Source: a virus (Duplodnaviria; Caudoviricetes). From it: a stretch of 45,627 nucleotides of DNA. The notes under the pieces were generated by a model. That model ran no database searches, was not told the origin of the DNA, and saw nothing but the letters and a program-made list of their open reading frames with translations. Numbering within the stretch: the first letter of the stretch is position 1; the number at the start of each line of letters is the position of its first letter. A program made the translations under genes and the position numbers. Where the stretch lies: positions 1 through 45,627 of IMG/VR virus record IMGVR_UViG_3300048599_000450, one strand, 5' to 3'. Positions 44,691 to 45,627 of this stretch are shown one piece after another.

Positions 44691-44790
44691 GGTCTCCTCC
44701 ATCGCCACGCAAATACGCGGCGGAGAGAAAACGGTTCCCGCAATTGACCCGCCGGCGGCCGGCCGCTGCCACCATCATCTTGGAGACATC

Positions 44791-45216
44791 ATGAAGCTGT
44801 TCGCCTGTCTGGGCGCGCTGGCGCTCGCCTGCGTCGTCATCGTCATGCTCGCCGTCTCTGCCGAGGCTCAGACCGTCGCGGCGGATGAGACGCTGTTCGG
44901 TCTCTTCCGGCCGCTGCTTACCGAGGTCGCGATCGTGCTCGTTCTCGGCCTCGCCGGCTGGCTCGGAAGGTTCGTCGTCGCGCGGTTCAAGCTGGACATC
45001 GAGGCACGGCACCGAGACGCATTTCAGGCCGCGGTAACTAACGCGGCCGGCATCTATCTGAGGACCGGCGATATGCGCCGGGCGGTCGCCTATCTCGCCA
45101 GCGCTGCGGCTGACGCAGTGAAGGCCTTCCGTCTCAGCGAGGGCGCCTTGCCCGAGAAGATCGAGGCAAAGGCCGGCGTACTGACGGCCGCCGCGACCAA
45201 GTCCTTGTCCTTTTAG
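44791..45216 (+). CDS. Membrane protein, holin-like
   Basis: GGAGA RBS, two hydrophobic segments, after the endolysin. Confidence 0.7.
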   Translation: MKLFACLGALALACVVIVMLAVSAEAQTVAADETLFGLFRPLLTEVAIVLVLGLAGWLGRFVVARFKLDIEARHRDAFQAAVTNAAGIYLRTGDMRRAVAYLASAAADAVKAFRLSEGALPEKIEAKAGVLTAAATKSLSF

Positions 45217-45226
45217 GGCGGCGGCG

Positions 45227-45568
45227 ATGACCATCACCTCTGAACTCGTTCTCTTCTTCATCACGGTGATGGGCTCGCTTGTCGCCGTCTGGGCGCGGAT
45301 CGAATCGATCGTTCGGGCCGCTCGGGCTGATGCGCTGTCCGCGGCGACGGCCGCCGCCGCGAAAGCCGACACGGTCGGTACCGCCCTGGCCGAGCACAAG
45401 CTTAACGTCGCCGAGAACTACGTCAGCAAGGTCGGGCTGCGAGAGCAAGTCGGCCAGGTGATGGACCTGCTACGCGACGTGCAGAGCGACGTGGCCCATA
45501 TCAACGAGCGGATCGACCGCGTGATTGAGGGCCGCAGTCGAAGCGGTCAGCCTGCCAAACCGCCCTGA
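45227..45568 (+). CDS. N-terminal TM plus coiled-coil protein (lysis-region, holin/antiholin-like)
   Basis: LVLFFITVMGSLVAVW TM; VAENYVSK..L...INERIDR. Confidence 0.7.
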   Translation: MTITSELVLFFITVMGSLVAVWARIESIVRAARADALSAATAAAAKADTVGTALAEHKLNVAENYVSKVGLREQVGQVMDLLRDVQSDVAHINERIDRVIEGRSRSGQPAKPP

Positions 45569-45627
45569 TGAGCGCCGTATTCGCCCGGCGATAGCCTGGC
45601 CCTCGCGGTGCATCTTCCCGGCCTCGC

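Larger units (their letters stand above)
1..45568. mobile_element. Temperate prophage (lambda-like head, Mu-like contractile tail), truncated at the left edge of the window
   Basis: Continuous, tightly overlapping gene order: immunity, early/replication, terminase, portal, capsid, sheath, tube, tape measure, baseplate, fibre, lysis. Integrase and att sites not seen. Confidence 0.97.

Noticed and set aside
45569-45627. Right attachment site or terminator
   Set aside because: No convincing hairpin-plus-U tract, tRNA fragment or repeat partner visible within the window.

Overview
The whole window is one large, apparently intact temperate prophage segment from a high-GC alphaproteobacterium. The host is probably Hyphomicrobiales, inferred from GapR and GcrA homologues and codon style. 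From left to right it holds: a leftward early operon (excisionase-like HTH, GapR); a lambda-like immunity switch (S24 repressor, Cro-like gene, four 19-bp operators, two sigma70-type promoters); a long rightward early operon (GcrA, double DnaA-C-like protein, ParB, Dam-like methylase, nuclease plus SNF2 helicase, antisense hicAB cassette, PAPS-reductase-like enzyme, replication initiator with internal inverted repeats); a cos-like site; a lambda-type packaging/head module; a Mu-type contractile tail with a -1 frameshift chaperone; tail fibre; and an amidase/holin-like lysis region. No integrase, att site, rRNA, tRNA or CRISPR is visible, and the prophage runs off the left edge. The most unusual items are a stop-free ORF spanning the entire hicAB cassette that is coupled at both ends, linker repeats suggesting domain shuffling, a cluster of host cell-cycle regulator mimics, and several unannotated small or antisense genes. 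Product calls come from motif recognition only; no database searches were run.
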